Shown: in pieces, positions 37,143 through 54,141 of the stretch
Numbering within the stretch: position 1 is the stretch's first letter
Layout: each line of letters starts with the position of its first letter
DNA from: Amoebophrya sp. A120
Taxonomy: Eukaryota > Protista > Dinoflagellata
Direction: 5' to 3'
DNA: 64,000 bases
NCBI GenBank assembly: GCA_905178155.1
Contig: CAJINV010000003.1
Location: 331,091-395,090, forward strand
Program-made: the position numbers and the translations under genes
The notes under the pieces: generated by a model
Seen by the model: only the letters and a program-made list of their open reading frames with translations
The model's database searches: none
What the model was told of the DNA's origin: nothing

Positions 37143-40100
37143 ATGGCGAAGGCTTCCGTTGCGCCCTCGGACATGGCCAACATGGTGGATGTGCAGCAAT
37201 ACGCCAACCCCGCCAACAAGACTGCCCCCTCCTCGATGATGGAAGACCCTTTGACGGATTACAAGTTCAATAATGGGGAATTTTCCAATTTCGGATCCAC
37301 CCAGGGCGGAACAGCAGGCATGGGAGCAGGCTCTGCCGGCGGGGGCGCAGCAGCTGCGGCCAACGGGGGCGGCTTCATCGGTTTCCTGGCCGGAATGTCG
37401 GGGAAGATGATCGTGATCGCGGTCTTTGGCATCGGCGCTGCCGTCGGCGGCATCGGCGCGATCGTGGCGTACGTGGTTGCCACCGGCGCGGCGGACAACT
37501 CGGGCGCAAATTCGTTTCCCGCGGGCGAAGGCGTCGCGCTGCACACCGGAATCACCATGGACCAGGTTGCGGGCCACAACTTCAAGTCCTCGTGCTGGAT
37601 CGCGGTACACGGCAAGGTGCTGGACGTCACGGAGTGGCGCAAGGAACACCCGGGCGGCAAAGACGCGTTCACCTGCGGGGAGGACAACACGCAGAAATTC
37701 CAAAACCAGCACGGCGGGGTGGAGTCGCTGGAGCGCCGGATCGCGCAGCAATCGCAGTACGTGAAGGATTTAGGAAAAGTCGCGACACTGAAAACAGGTT
37801 CAGGTTCTACGTCGAGCTCCACGTCCTCTTCCTCTAGCAGCGGAAGCAAAAAAATCGAGTTCGATTTCTCGAACGTGCAAAAGCAGCCGCACCCGGGCAG
37901 CGGCGCCGAGTGGAAGACCATGGTTTACATCGAACTGAAGGGCGGCGTGGACGGTGCGGCCATGTTTGTGAACGTAAACAACCCGGAGGAAGTGAACCTC
38001 TGGTGCGGCAAGCGCCCAACCTTGTCCGGTGAAAATTACTGCACCTGCCTGGCGCCCAGTTCTACCGCGGCGGCCCAGGACTGCACCAGCTGGCAGCTGC
38101 GCCGGGGGCCAACCGGAAATGCGGACGACCGATACGTGAGCGACATGGCCGGCACGGCGGGGCAGCTGGCGATGACGGACGTTTTGGGGGGCGGGTCCAA
38201 GGGGTGGATGCAACTGTGGAACGAGAACAAGATGTCAATCGTCGCGGGCGTGGGCCGGTACGACCACGGCCGCTCGCACTTCGAAGTCAAGGACGCCGCA
38301 GCAAAGGGCGTGTCCGTAGCAAAGGAGGCGGAAACCACGCACGGGTGGTTGGCCAAGAGCATCTTTGCGTACAACAATCTGTACACGCATCCGCCGGATT
38401 CCGCGAAAGCCAAAGACCCCGCATTGCCCGACGGGATCTCGTTGGCAAATGCCGCCGCCGGTCCGAACGCGCTGGAGGTGTCGGACGACTCCATCTCCCA
38501 CACGACGTTCCAGCACATCTCCGGCGTCAAGTCGGTCGACGGGGTGGTCGCGTCTTCCAAGTTCGATTTCGTGAACCCCTTTACCGCGGCAAAAATGATG
38601 GCCGGGTCCGGTTCGTCTCTGAGAAAAAGAACCTTGGAAGGAGCGGCTGAACAAGTCGCAAAAAATTCTCTGGTCGTGCCAGAAGAGGACTCAGCTTTAC
38701 TCAGTTCGACTTCCGAGGACATTATTATTCCACCTGGAGGCAACAACTACGTGGATCATGCCGAGCAACCGCAGTGCGGCGCCCGGTACGAGCACGCGAT
38801 CGGAGGTGGATCATGGGGGGTGAAGAACAGTAATATTGGCGATCATTACAATGATTTGCTCGCAACTGAGCATGCAAACACGGTGCAGTGCATCGAGCTC
38901 CGGCAGATGACGGACGAGGAGGAGTGGAGCACAACCAAGAGCAACCTCGGTCTGGAGGAGCTGCTCGCGAAGGAGGCCTCGATCTTCCAGGGTGTGGGCG
39001 TGATGCAGGAAAAACTGGCGCAGTACCGAGACAATCTGTCCACCCTCTGCCCCAACTTCCCGGCGACCGCCGAGTGGGCCGACAGCTCCTCGGACGCGCA
39101 GATCGGCATGCAGCTGCGCGCGGTGGCCATTTTGCTGGTGAACGGCGTGCGGCCGAAAGTGTTCCAGCTGCAGCAAACGAAGTACGACACGCACTCCAAC
39201 CAGGGCGCGCGCCTGCAGACGCTGCTGTCCGACCTGAAGACCGGCGTTTACACGTTTGTGCGCGCGGCCGAGGCGTGCGGCTTTGCCAACGACGTGCTTG
39301 TGACAACGTTTTCCGAGTTCGGGCGCCGGCTGGAGGAGAACAGCCGGATATGCATTGCAAATACGGCTGGGTCTGGAATAAAAGTGACACTTGTAATGCA
39401 TATCTTGCATTCCTGGAGAATCTGTGTTGCATGAGCAGCAAAAGAGCAGCTTCCTTTGTTATGCAAAAACGCAATTTGTCATGCGTGCTAGGCATCACAT
39501 TCAGAACGAAGCAGGCGTCTCGAAAACTTGTCATGCTTGGCTGCCATTGCAAGGGCTTCAATCGTTTGCAATTTAGCATCACAGGTTTCCAGACCCAGAC
39601 ATATTTGCAGTTGATACCGGAAGGGCACCGACCACGGGTGGAGCAGCTACTTCGCGGTGTTCGGCACGGTATCAATTGTAAAAGTGTCTGGGTCTGGAAG
39701 AATGCAACTTGTGATGCTGCGTCTGCATTATCGAAAAATCTGTATTGCATGAACAGCAAAAGAGGTATGATTTTGGCCACGGCGAGAGGGCATTTCTCAT
39801 GCGGTATAGGCATCAGAAAGCCCTCACAAGATCTGTGATGCTAGGGCATGCATCGCAGACATCAGGAGTCATGCAAAATGTGCATGACAAACCTTGCATC
39901 CTTCCAGACCCAGACATTTTTGCATTTGATACACGGGGCTGCAGCGCAAGGTGTTCGGGTACGACCCCGTGAAGCAGAGCGCGGAGTTGGGCAGCATCAT
40001 CCCGTATCAACTGTAAAAGTGTCTGGGTCTGGAAGAATGCAAACTTCTCATGCATATTTTCCATGCCCCATGAGGTTTGGAAAGCAGGGCCTAGCATGGC

Positions 40101-43100
40101 AGGTTATGCGACGTCCCTACTATGCCTATCCTGCATGGCAAACTTGTTCAAAACTGCACAGCTTTTGGTAGTCACGCAACACAAATTTTTGTACGATCCA
40201 GACTTAGCATGACAAGTTCGCATCCTCCCAGACCCAGACATATTTACAATGCATATCCCGCGCCACAGCGACGCGTACGTGGAATCGAAGGGGACCAAGG
40301 GCGACCTGCCGCTGATCACCTCCGTGCAGACTTGGAACGCGTGCCTGCTGAACGCACTGGCCCTGCCCGCGCTCCCGCGGCTGGGGCGCTGTCCGCTGCG
40401 GCTGCGCAACGGCTTGGCGCAGATCCCCTACTACGAGGAGCAGCAATACTACAAGCAAAGCAGCGCTAGTAGTGCAACCACCGCCAGTTCCAGCACTGCG
40501 CAAACCACAACGACCGCGTCAAGTGCCACCTCGACCACCGGGAGCACGGCGCACTTGACGCAAGCCCTGACCACGACGGAATTGTTGCACTTCTCGCGGC
40601 GGATCGGGTTCGCGCCCCAGGCACTGAACTTCCACACGGATATCGCGACCGCGCGGACCAATGCGGTGCAGCAACCGACCGCGCGCAACCCGGACGGCTC
40701 GGCCAACACCACGGTTACCCTGCAGCAGGCGATTTCCCGGGTGCTCGCGCCCGCGAACACCGCCACCCCAGCGGCGGACACGCAGCTTTTTTTGAAATGG
40801 AAGATCCGCAAGTTCAACGCCCTCGCGCTGTGGAGCAAGGAACGGCAGATGCGTCGGAATAACTGGGAGGAGATCCTGCAGCTGCCCTACCCGGCGCAAG
40901 ATTCCTTTCACAACCGCGTGCAGCGCTGGGACCTGGCGCAGTTCTTCGACATGAGCTCTTTGTACATCAACCCCAACAACCCGCACGACGGACGCGTCGA
41001 CCTGCACGCGAACTACGTTGGGAAGGGGCACTTGCTGCTGCAGCACCTGCAGACAAAGGCGACCATCTTCTACATGGCGCTCCCGGTGAGCAAGGCGACG
41101 GGCAAGGCCAAAGACAATTGGCTGGACGACGACGGGAAGGTGAAGGACGAAACCAAAGTGGCCTGGTACCAAACGGTAATGCAGGTGCCGGACGTGAAGG
41201 AGATCACGGCGCTCACCGTGCAGATATCAAATGCAAAAATGTCTGGGTCTGGAAGATTTTGAGATTTGTCATGCTTGTCTGGCATGACCAAAAAGTTTGT
41301 GATGCGTGTCCAAGAGGAGACCCTTTTGCCTGTCATGCCAAAACGCACTTTGTCATGGGGAACACGCAACACAAGGAAGCGCAGGCATTTTTCATGCTTG
41401 CCTGTGCATTACAGAGCATTCACTATTCCCAACGCAGCATTACAAGTTTCCAGACCCAGACATTTTTGCAGTTGATAGCAGAAGGTGATCGACGACCGGA
41501 AGTGCAGCACCGGCGGCACCGCGACGGACCCCTGCGACCCCGAGTGCGACTTGACCAAGTTTCTGGACATCTACCACAACAATTCCACGGCGATGTTCAA
41601 GCCCGAGCACTACCAAATCTGGAAGGGCCCGGACGGCACGAAGCAGACCGCGCCCTGGTTCAAGCTGAAGACCTGTGCGAAGCCGGACAACGATATGGCG
41701 TTCTCAAATGTTACATTCTCAACTGTTACATGAATCTGTAATGCAAGAACGGCGAAAGTGAAAGGGGGAAGATTGCGCCCTTTGCATTACAGATTTGGCA
41801 CAGATTTAGACGCTGTTCAGCTCTTCGGATATTTGTCATGCGAAGTAGCTCAATCGTGGCGATCTTGGTGGTAAATTTGCATGACAAATCATGTAACAGT
41901 TGAGAATGTAACAGTTGAGGACGCCATAGACGATCGCAAGACCTTCGAGCACGAGCGCGCGAATCAGCTGAAACTGAAGATTATCAAATGTAAAAATGTC
42001 TGGGTCTGGAAGAATGCATGTTTGTCATGCTTGTCTGGCATGACTCTTAAATCTGTCACGCACGTTACCCAAGAGCTCCATTTTTCTGTGATGCAGAAGC
42101 GCAGTTTGTCATGCAGAATAGGCAACACCTAGAAGCTCAGAAACTTGTCATGCTGAGCCAGCACCTGTGGCCTCATCATGAGACGCCACCGAGCATCACA
42201 AGTTTCCAGACCCAGACATTTTTTCATTTGATAAAGATCGCCCAGTACCTGCAGGACCGCTACTTCGCGGACTTCACATCGACCTCCCTGGGGCAAATCC
42301 GGGCGCGCATGACCTGGTTCTTCCTGAACTTTTACGCGACGCCCAAAACCGCGGTGAACGACGACTTGCTGATGTACAAGCAGTACGAGACGCTGTGGCG
42401 GGGCAGTCTGGGGAACTACCGGACGCTCGCGTTACAAATGTTCAACGACAAGGCGCTGCGGAAGTCGCTGGACCAATTGGAAGAGGTCGAGTGCGGCACC
42501 GCGCCGATCGAGAACTTCGCCCGGGAGTGGTTTGAGCGGTTCACGTATAAAATGCAAATATGTCTGGGTCTGGAAGAGTCCGAACTTGTGATGCTGCATT
42601 TGGATTCCAAAAAAATCTGTATTGCATGACCAGCAAAGGGAATGCAATTTTGGCTACGCGGAGAGACCATTTGTCATGCGACATAGGCATCGCGAAGGCC
42701 TCAAAAAGTCTGTGATGCTAGGGCATGCATCACAGACATCATGGCCCATGCAAAACGTGCATGACAAGTCTCAGACAGACGTGCACGGACATGCAAAACG
42801 TGCATGGCCCATGCAAAACGTGCATGAAGGATTCGTGGCCGGGAGATGATGGTGATGGCACTTCGGTGTCCGCCTGACCTACCTTCCCTGCGTGACAGCC
42901 ATCTGCGGCCGTTTGCAAAGGGGGAGGCAAAGTGTGCCGCACTTCTGTTTAGCATGACAAGTCTCAGAATGTTCCAGACCCAGACACTTTTGCATTTGAT
43001 ATCACGGTGGGCCTGCGCGCGCACAACGAGGGTGACGTGAAACGGCTCAGCAAAGGGCTCATGAACTGCAAGGACGACTCGGAGACGGCGAATCTCGACT

Positions 43101-44094
43101 TGATGCAGCCGGGCGTGATCTTCTCGGACCCAATGGAAATCCCCTGGACCCTCACCTACGCCGAGCAGAAGGCGTTGGTGGACCGGATCCTCGACAAAAA
43201 AATTGCCGCCAACGAGCCTCCGGCGGCCGCGCAGTTCCTGTGCTGGAAACTGTACAACGAGTTTGGCGTACTGCCTTCCATGGATAGCATGAGCGGGATG
43301 AGCCTAAGCTCGATCGGTATTTGTTTTTCTTCGGTGAAGTAAACGTTCGGTCGGTTTTGTGAAAAATCTTCAAATGTCGATCTTCCTTTTATTGTCTGTT
43401 GGTGACGACGCTGGTGACACTACGTCTGATAATATTGTCATCGATTACAGGTATGCCTCCCGCGGTGGTTTCCTGCGCGACGCACTTCTACGACCACAAT
43501 TACGATCTGACGTTCGCCCTGGAGTACATTTTGCAGGACCAGGCGCACTTCCGCGACACGCTGGGCACCAAGACGCGGTGGCCGCACGCGGTGATTTTCG
43601 GGGCGTGGACGGAGTTCCAGCCCGACGGAATGGACCGGAGTCACGCGGTGTGGCGCATGACCCAGGTGGGAATGCAGCCGTTCGAGCCGCAGGATGTGTC
43701 TGGGTACGACCTACACTCGGTGTGGACGCTGGACCGCATCTCCGCCGCGCACAAGTTTCTGGAGCAGAAGGTGAAGCCGAAGCTGCAGCAGGCGAGCGAA
43801 AAGTGGCACTTCGACAACAGCACCATTTTTGAGACCACCTACGCGGATTACGCGCTGATTCCGAAGAGTGGGAGTGAGCAAGCGATGAGCGGCAACAGCC
43901 TCTACTCCTACGCGGTCAAACTCTGCTCCAACGAGTTTGTGGACGTGAAAGGAATGGAGGGGAAACACATCATCCAGAAAGAGGTCTTGTTCGATCCGTC
44001 GAACACGGACTACAACAGCCGGAACAAAAGGTACCAAGCTTGGAAGGCGGCACTGGAAATCGCCGTCAGTAACGTCTGCCAGTTTGTGTGCTAA
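37143..44094 (+). CDS. Cytochrome b5 + DUF1501-like + DUF1800-like fusion protein (7 introners, canonical intron 43317-43450)
   Basis: N-terminal TM; b5 motif CWIAVHGKVLDVTEWRKEHPGG; DUF1501-like YDTHSNQ...FSEFGRRLEENSRKGTDHGW (rebuilt across an introner); DUF1800-like RARMTWFFLNFYATP...GNYRTL...PIENFAREWFERFTVGLRAHNEGDV. Confidence 0.75.
39349..39616. mobile_element. Introner, family B
   Basis: TATGCATTGCAAATACGGCTGGGTCTGGAA...TTCCAGACCCAGACATATTTGCAGTTGATA; TSD CCGGA; splits ENSR/KGTDHG. Confidence 0.93.
39670..39931. mobile_element. Introner, family B
   Basis: TATCAATTGTAAAAGTGTCTGGGTCTGGAAG...CTTCCAGACCCAGACATTTTTGCATTTGATA; TSD CACGG. Confidence 0.93.
40005..40255. mobile_element. Introner, family B
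   Basis: TATCAACTGTAAAAGTGTCTGGGTCTGGAAG...CCAGACCCAGACATATTTACAATGCATA; TSD TCCCG. Confidence 0.92.
41225..41477. mobile_element. Introner, family B
   Basis: TATCAAATGCAAAAATGTCTGGGTCTGGAA...TTCCAGACCCAGACATTTTTGCAGTTGATA; TSD GCAGA. Confidence 0.93.
41694..41928. mobile_element. Introner, family E
   Basis: TATGGCGTTCTCAAATGTTACATTCTCAACTG...CAGTTGAGAATGTAACAGTTGAGGACGCCATA; TSD AACGA/GACGA. Confidence 0.9.
41982..42233. mobile_element. Introner, family B
   Basis: TATCAAATGTAAAAATGTCTGGGTCTGGAAG...TTCCAGACCCAGACATTTTTTCATTTGATA; TSD AAGAT. Confidence 0.93.
42546..43001. mobile_element. Introner, family B, with internal insertion
   Basis: TATAAAATGCAAATATGTCTGGGTCTGGAA...TTCCAGACCCAGACACTTTTGCATTTGATA; TSD TCACG; splits ERFT/VG. 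Confidence 0.92.
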
Positions 44095-46004
44095 GGCTAA
44101 CTGGGACAGAAGTACTTAGAGTCAATGAAGACAAGTCTCATGTTTCTATTGTTTCAGCGGGCTCATAGTTGTCATACATTTCTTTTTCTTGTTACACTGT
44201 CACTAGTAGAATCAGACGGCAATATAAATATTACAAGTGGTAGGCTCGATGTGCAGAGCTGTGTTCGAAGTTGTAGCAGGAGCGTTTGTAGTTGCAGCGT
44301 TTTAGCACGACATATTGACCTACCGAGTCACGACGCTATTTTAATTTTTCTCCGACATTTATTGTTTCTTCTTCTTCATCATGTACATGTTCATTTGTCT
44401 TTGTTTCTATCAATGCCCCCAGAAGTAGTCCTGAAAATGTGGCAAAAGCAATCAACATCTAAGTAACTTTACTTACGTTGCCATGATTCGTCCGCGCCCT
44501 GCATGCACTTCTGAAAATCATGTATATCGTCATGGTCCGTCTCGACCTAGTACTTTTTAATTTCACGCCGCCAGCAGGTTGACTGAGAAATAAGAATAAC
44601 GGTAGAACTGTTGTGTAAGATACGATATGCATAATCCCCGCCCTGGCATGAAATCACAGCTGGAATGACCCTCACTTTCATACGCGAGGACCAGGAGGCT
44701 GTGTTGTATTAACTGCTTTCATTTTTATCCATGGGCTATTGTGGCAACATGAACATCATCATCGCGTATCAACGAGTATATCAAAATCAATTTAATCATT
44801 TTGATATCAGTATCAAACGGACGACCGAGAAAGAAGGCCTGTGCTGTTGTAGATCAACTGCTCATCAACGTCATGAATAACATCGCTGGTGTATTAATGC
44901 GATGAAATGTCAGTGTTCTTTCTCTTTGCCACGTCGATCGTGTTTTATTGCAGCAACGAGGCGCTTTGATGCAAGCAGTATTATTTGTGGCTCGCGCTCG
45001 CCAATCAAGACAAGAACGTTAGTAGAGTCGATGGACATGGAAAACCGGAGATGTCGAGTAGAAAGTGATTGGATGTTTCTCTGTTCTTCTTTTTTCGTAT
45101 CGCAGCGTCGAGGAATTCGCACTGAATGAACAAAAAAAGCGTGAAGACTCCGGATCGAAGAGTAAGAGGCGTCGTTTCTTTTTTCGTTTTTTCATGCGAC
45201 TACGAAAATGCAGACTATTGTCCTTCTGTCGTGCCGCGCATGTTGTAGTTCTTTGCGTCGAGGTGATTGTGATAGATATCAGCAACAAAAAGAACGAATA
45301 GAGTTGAGAACATCAACATAGAGATTTTGTTCTCGCGCTCGGATTTACGTGGCGATTAGTGCGGCTACAAGTTTTGTTTGAAGTACGCTAAAAGTAGAGA
45401 GAGGTAATGTAGTACGCAAGAGCCGGTGAATCCAATCTCGGAGGGGCGCGACGTGGGTTCACAGAATGTGGCACCTGCAGCGTTCTTAAATAAAGGATGA
45501 TGGTTGGACCGTCGCTTTTTTTTACTCCTAGGCGCGTGATGAAAGTGCGATGCGTTTGATACTGAAAGTAAGAATACAGATTTGAAATTTTTGAAGCAAC
45601 TATGGCGACAGTATCCGAGTTTCCTAAAAAAAGGTAGAATTTGCGACGACAGCGACAGGAGAGTGGAGTCGTTCTTTTCGCTGCCTTTGAAACAGGAAAA
45701 GAGGGCGTCGTGTCCTCTAGCTATTTTTTTCCAACGGAGCCCGATCATCTTTCCGCATAAAATACGACACCGGGCGAGATAAGTAGCCGGAATCTGCTCC
45801 GTTGTCGACCCAATCTGGATAATTAACCTTCGAAGGACCAGGTCGTGTTGTAAGTAGCGTTTGACGAGACGAGGCGGTCCTTTCATCGACGTGGTTGCAA
45901 ACTCGTCTCAGTACAAGAACTACTGCCAGTACTTCTAAACAGAAGGGAGCGCGACCGCTACTCGCGCCTCTGCCTTGACGGCCAGTCCTCGCCGGTGGAG
46001 CAGG

Positions 46005-50180
<4,176 letters not shown>

Positions 50181-51639
50181 GAACAAGAGCGCTTTGCTCG
50201 CTTTTCTCCGCGAAGGTTGGGGCCGGAAGTTACTTTTCTGCCAGTTGTTGTTTAGTCTATATACCTATACGTCTTGCTAGTGAGAATAAACGCAAGATGA
50301 AAAAGAAGTCGCTTTATTAAAAATTCCAGAGCGAATGATTTGAGTAAAGTTAGTCGAGAGCCTGTTGCAAGAGCAACAATGTTTGAATAATACAGTCAGT
50401 AGAAAGATGCGGATATGCCGAGTAGGAGATTAGATTGTCCTTATCCCAAGTTTGTTACCAAGAGATTGAGATACAGATCGTTTAGCGTCGCGGTATCAGA
50501 AGAACAAGAATTACTTACTTTGCTTTTCGTACACTGTGTGAAAATGTGGAGGTCAATTTACAATTAGAAACGACGTCCGTCGATAGAAAACTGCTTGTGT
50601 CACAAGCCATGAACAAGATACAGATAGGTCATGCAGTTGCAGGCTGAGTCCTGACTACGTGAAACCAAGAAGAGTGGATCACTACGAAACGAACGGAGAG
50701 CTAAATCCAGTCATTTTATCCGATATTGGGTGGTATTAAGGAATCGTGAGTTGTTGCACGTCGTGCTAGCTGCTGTGATTGGAGACATGATAAATCGCGG
50801 TACCGAAGAACTAGAACTGTGACACGCGGCCAAAATTGTGTCGTCCGTACGGTAACGCCTACGACAACATAAATCGGGCCCCCAAGACCTAGAAGAACTT
50901 CGCAGCGTCGCCGCAGGCTGGATGGCCAGAAATTCCACCCAGCGAACAAGACTAGAACTATCTCGCAGGTGCAAGTACACAATAAATCTAAAATACAAAA
51001 ATGTATCCTCGTCCTGAAAATTACGGCTTTCTTCACGTGAAAGAGAAAGTCAATTCGAAGACGTTTTTATTCTACAATTAACCTGTACATGAATTCAGAG
51101 CTACAAGTCTTTTTACTTAGTGATTGGTGTAGTTGTCGTGAATCTCTGCAAATAAAAGAAAATCCGAACTGTGTCTGTATTTCGTGAGTGAACGTTTAGA
51201 GCTCTGCCTCGGAAAACATCTTTGTTCTATTCAGGAAACAACAGGAGCATGCACGAGACCGGTCGGAAAAATGAACATCAGCATTCTGTATCGACGTCTT
51301 CGACGCATGTCGAATATCGACCGTCCCCCAGGATGTGTTGCTGCTCGCAATCAAGGAAAAAGGTCGGGGTTGTTCACAAGCCAAGTTCAGGGGCATTGTC
51401 GTTTTTCTTGAGCGCCTGCGTTCTGTTCAAGTGGATCCCAGTTTATTTGAGGGTATGATAGATTCTGATACAAGAACGACAGTGGACGAAAAGCATGGCT
51501 TCGCTCGCAGATGCCTTGTTATTTTAGGAAAAAGACAAAGAGAAAAGCTGATAACTACGCCTACGGCTAGGTTGTATTACGAAAAAGAAAAAGAATATTC
51601 ATCAACATTGAGTTCTCTACCGAAATTCAAATTGAAAAA

Positions 51640-52440
51640 ATGTTGTCCCACCTTGCTCCGCAGCGGATGTACCCGAGCCTCTTGGCGCGGAAAATGATCA
51701 CGCCCAGTGAAGCCAGTGCGAAGCGCTTTTCAACGGGCCGCTCTCATAGAGGTACACTGCAGCACTCCTGTCCACGGGGAAGATTCATCCCAGAGCAGCC
51801 CATTGCGTTCCGCAACACGTTTGGCCGCGGGTTTCTTGGTTCCAGATCTGCAACCTGTTCCGCTGGCTTACGAGTACGACCGAATTTGTCTGCTGTGTCG
51901 TCCTGCGCTGCTGCAACCAGCACTATCTCGTCGAAATCCAGCCCACTGTTCGACCACCAGCGAAGGACCTTGTTTGATTGGGCGCTGCGACCCTATGCGT
52001 GTGCAGCTGTCGCTAGCAGCGCCGTGCCGCTTTCTACCCTGAGCGCTGGCTTTTCAAAGTGTAGTCTATCGCTTTTGGTCGCGCCCTGGAAAGCTCTGCC
52101 TACTGCTCTTGTCATCCTCCCCGCGGCCTGGGCAGTGCCAGCTGTGTATCGTCTTTGCTTTTCGAACTGTTCCAGAGGAGCAGTTGCTGGCGTCTTTACC
52201 TTCTTTATGCAGTTTACCCTAACTTTTCTTCCCGTCCCGGCCTTCGAGAACTTGTTCGCCGAGCTGACGTTTTACATCACGGCCCTCTGCATGACATTCT
52301 TCATGTACAACCTGTTTCCGGAGCTGATGCTGGAAGACGGCATTTGGATCTTCTACTCTGCGCTCTTTGTCCTGCCTATGTTGCCGCTAGCCTTCTCATA
52401 CCTACCACTGTTTGCCACGAGGACCTACTTTATCTTGTAG
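51640..52440 (+). CDS. Hypothetical membrane protein with mitochondrial-presequence-like N-terminus
   Basis: 266-aa ORF; R/S-rich, acid-poor N-terminus; 4-5 hydrophobic helices at the C-terminus. Confidence 0.55.
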   Translation: MLSHLAPQRMYPSLLARKMITPSEASAKRFSTGRSHRGTLQHSCPRGRFIPEQPIAFRNTFGRGFLGSRSATCSAGLRVRPNLSAVSSCAAATSTISSKSSPLFDHQRRTLFDWALRPYACAAVASSAVPLSTLSAGFSKCSLSLLVAPWKALPTALVILPAAWAVPAVYRLCFSNCSRGAVAGVFTFFMQFTLTFLPVPAFENLFAELTFYITALCMTFFMYNLFPELMLEDGIWIFYSALFVLPMLPLAFSYLPLFATRTYFIL

Positions 52441-52659
52441 AACTTCTGGGACTGGAAAGAAGCAAATGAAGAAATGTGGTCTCAACGAAACGGAAAAGTT
52501 GGCGGTTTAGAAGAAGTGCCGGGATGCAAACAAGCCCGTGAAAGAGAGAAAATCCAGAAAAAGAAATCAAATTGAATAAGTGGCTGCGGCGATCTGTGCC
52601 ACCGATGTTGACCGCTGTTTTTCTCGAACGAATCGCGGCCGGTCGGGCGTGCGTCGATG

Positions 52660-53209
52660 CTTTCGTCGCTGATGTTCTTGTGGTAGGTAGACCTGTGTTG
52701 TTGATTTGCTGGTAGCTGTTGTCTTCCAGGTTGATTTTACATGATTTACTGTGCTCGATAGGTATATTGAGTGCATTTTTTTTTGTTTTCGATGTCTTTA
52801 TAAAAAACTACTTACGGTTCGGAATCGGGTTACTGTTCGAGTTCGAACTGGAAGGAAGTAGTGTCGGTACTTTTGCAGCTGATCTAGCACGTACCGAGAG
52901 TAGATTCGTGTTGCGTAGAGAGACCGGCGAGCAGCATATTCATCAAGGGCTTCCGGGGGTAGTAAGGCCCAATTAAAGGCCCGATACCAATTGGAGCCCG
53001 TGTGGCCCAATTAAAGGCCCAATTTATTATCATGGGAGCCACTCGGCTCTCCTGTTCGTGCTGGACGAGCTGGACCTCGTCCGCTTTGGCTGCTCTACTC
53101 TTCTACTTCAGTGTTTTATTTTCCGAAACTCGGGCACTGGACGGGCATTTCTGTTGGGTGGGAGGAGTATCGTGGTCCGACTGCTGCGACACGGGTGGCG
53201 CGTTCGGGA
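52660..53209 (+). pseudogene. Truncated 5' duplicate of the methyltransferase gene, lacking the introners
   Basis: Aligns by eye to about 53860-55697 once the 54351 and 55521 elements are removed; the frame ends shortly after GGAFG. Confidence 0.75.
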
Positions 53210-54141
53210 CTTGGAATGGCCGAAGGCCATGAAGGGCGTGGCTGGGAAGCAGCCAGCGCGCGAGCTTGGGGGAGAACGGGCAGCCGTCTTCGGCGGGGCT
53301 GCCGCGCTTCTCCTGCCGGGCTGCCAGGAGTGGGCCTTACGCTCCTGCTCGTTGAAAGCGCGTGGCTTTCAAGTGCCCTGCTATTGGAAATGAATTACTT
53401 GCATTGCCTTGGCATAGGAAGTATTTTCTTTGTTGTGCTAGTATATTGCAAGCAATTCGTGTTCAGCGCCAGCTCGTTGAAAGCAATGCGCCTTCAATAT
53501 AAGGGGTCGCCCAGCAGCTGCCACACTCTAGCCTTTCGGAAATGCGTTCCCAAGGTTTGCCGGAAATCCTGGGAGCATATTTCGGCAAGGCCCCCACGTC
53601 GGCTTTGTGCTCTGGCCGGCAGTAGGTCTGAAGACCTCGCGCAAAATCATCCGACGTCGGGGAGATAAAGAAATGCGCCCCTGGGATTTTCGCCGCGTCG
53701 AGACCTGGGATCATAGTTCTGCAAAACCCCCTCGTAAGATGATTCTGTGCGGGTTTTTCTGTGTTTCAAGATCAGAACACAAACTCGAGTAGCACTCTCG
53801 TGCTCTGGCTTGCAGAACTGTGCTCCTAAGATTTGCTGACATCTGATGTTCTTTTTTATTTGTCGCTGATGTTCTTTTTTTGTTGATTTGCTGGCAACTG
53901 TTATCTTCAAGGTTGATTCTACATATGTTACATATATGTGTGTCCATTTTTCTCCGTTTTCGATGTCTTTTAACATTTACGGTTCGGGTTACTCTTCGAG
54001 TTCGAACTCGAAGGAAGTAGCGTCGGTGCTTTTGCAGCTGATCTAGTACCGAGAGTAGATTCGTGTTGTGTAGAGAGAGCGGCGAGCAGCATATTCATGA
54101 AGGGCTGCCGGGGGTCGTAAGGCCCAATGAAAGCAGCTATC

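Noticed and set aside
28876-43172. Long minus-strand ORFs (e.g. 28876-29739, 30260-31048, 38725-39813)
   Set aside because: They are antisense shadows of GC-rich + strand genes and have no recognisable motifs.
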